Shown: positions 62,526 to 64,000 of the stretch, in pieces
Position numbering within the stretch: position 1 is the first letter of the stretch
Layout of the letters: each line of letters begins with the position of its first letter
Assembly: GCA_030390025.1 (NCBI GenBank)
Contig: CM059432.1
Location: 31,312,001-31,376,000 of the forward strand
Direction: 5' to 3'
Source: Squalus acanthias
Lineage: Eukaryota
DNA: 64,000 bases
Notes under the pieces: generated by a model
Seen by the model: the letters and a program-made list of their open reading frames with translations, nothing else
Told to the model about the DNA's origin: nothing
Database searches by the model: none
Translations under genes and position numbers: made by a program

Positions 62526-63149
62526 TAGCTTTTTTAGCACTGGTGTGAAGCAAAGCTAAACTACGGTTTACATGCAGCTTTAAACAGATCTCAGTTACCA
62601 CTATCTATTTTCTCAGCATATCTCTCAATTCCAAATAAATCTAATTGTCTCTTGCACCCATTAATACCATTTTCTTCAAATGGTCTTTCTTTAACAGTCT
62701 GCAAAAATGTTCTTCTTTTTCCCTACACTCCCAGTTTTCTGATTTTTAGTTATTTTCTTTGAAATTTTAACCCTTCACCACAGTGAACAACTTAACTGGA
62801 TCAGGTTTGTTAGCATCACCTTGAAAACATTCATTGGACCAATGCAAAATCTCCTCCTGTCCAAAGAAAACAAGCCCAAGTCCTTAACCTCCCAATAAAA
62901 GTTGAATAAGGAGAGAAAGAAATTGAAGGGAGCATCACCTTGCACTGTTCTTGCGCACCTTTCAGTTGTTGGTATCATTAGTGGCACTGAAGGTGGAGCA
63001 GGTTGCTTGGCTCTCTGCTTTCCTGAGTGATGCTTGAAGTCTGTGACCAAGACTAGAAATAGGTTTCGAGGGAGCAAGTCTACTTACATTCTAACTTTAC
63101 TGAGTAAAATCTGCTCTACAAGTCTCCATTGGATACTTATTACTTATTT

Positions 63150-63703
63150 AGCAAGAGACATAAAAACAGATTGAAAACGTTTCTATAGATGTGTAAATAG
63201 GAATAGATTAGTGAAAGTAAACTTGGGCCCATTAGAGGTAGAGACAGGAGAAATTATAATGGGCAATAAGGAAATGGCAGAGACATTAAACAAATACTTT
63301 GTATCTGTCTTCACAGTAAAGGACACAAAAAAAATTCCAGAAATAATGGGGAACCAAGGGTCAAGAGAGAATGAGGAACTTAATGAGGAAATCAGTATAA
63401 GTAAAGACATAGGGGGTGAAATTCGCCTCCTTTGCGCCCGCCGTTAGCACCTCTGGGGGGCGCTAATAGCGCCTGCTGAGAAATTCGTCATTGGCGAGCG
63501 ACGCGATCCCTTCGCGCCCCGCCACAGCCCCTTATCGCTCCACAGCCGAAATTCGTCTGTGCCCCGCGAGGCTGCCGCTGGCGATGTCAGCGACAGCCTT
63601 ACGGGTCGTGAGCTAGGCCGCACACCGCTGGCAGGGCGCTAATTAAAGGGGCGGTCTGGCTGCGCCCGCGCCGTCATTTTTTATTTTGGCTGACCTCCAG
63701 TTC
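63150..63703 (+). repeat. CR1+MITE junction fragment; 63250-63703 is an inverted copy of 60550-61066
   Basis: Same junction gtaaagacata|gggggtgaaattcg and same aatgaggaacttaatgaggaa micro-duplication. Confidence 0.9.
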
Positions 63704-64000
63704 ATAATTCATATATTCCCAAATAGAGACAGAACTCATGTAGTTTAGATTTGTTTGATGTCGCCTAATCTTATCTAGCTGAGACTAATAGGCCTTAGAA
63801 AGATTGCAAACATCTTTTTAAATGGAGCCTATGTCCTTTCTCCATTCAGAAATTTCAGTGGCTCAGCATATCCCAATGTTATGTTTGAGGTGACTTTTAG
63901 GTAAGTTCATTGAAGTTTTCAAGATTAAGAAGGGGCTTGACAAGTTGATCCAGCCAATTATTTATTATGATGAAGGGGTCAAATACCAAGTGACACAAGT

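Overview
Eukaryotic, repeat-dominated DNA whose repeat types resemble a cartilaginous fish (shark) genome; the taxon is inferred. Most of the window is nested transposable elements. There are five long CR1 LINEs, including a young near-identical inverted pair (4159-7401 minus, with an uninterrupted 978-aa ORF2, and about 53104-56689 plus). Other retroelements are L2 and a second CR1/Jockey-group LINE, Deu-domain tRNA-SINEs, Penelope fragments (one with a minimal hammerhead ribozyme in an inverted repeat), and a 1.3-kb solo LTR. DNA transposons are many PIF/Harbinger-type MITEs with 3-bp TSDs, two Tigger-like MITEs and a hAT/Charlie element. The most unusual items are a decayed Ty1/copia element with GalEa-like motifs (13444-19667) and an ORF1-only Tx1-clade element inserted with a TSD into the A box of a SINE (22711-24726). 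A chain of phase-compatible plus-strand exon-like segments carrying stop codons may be a decayed host gene; it is unidentified and low confidence. No intact host protein-coding gene, rRNA, true tRNA or CRISPR array is supported. Ends of old repeats are approximate.
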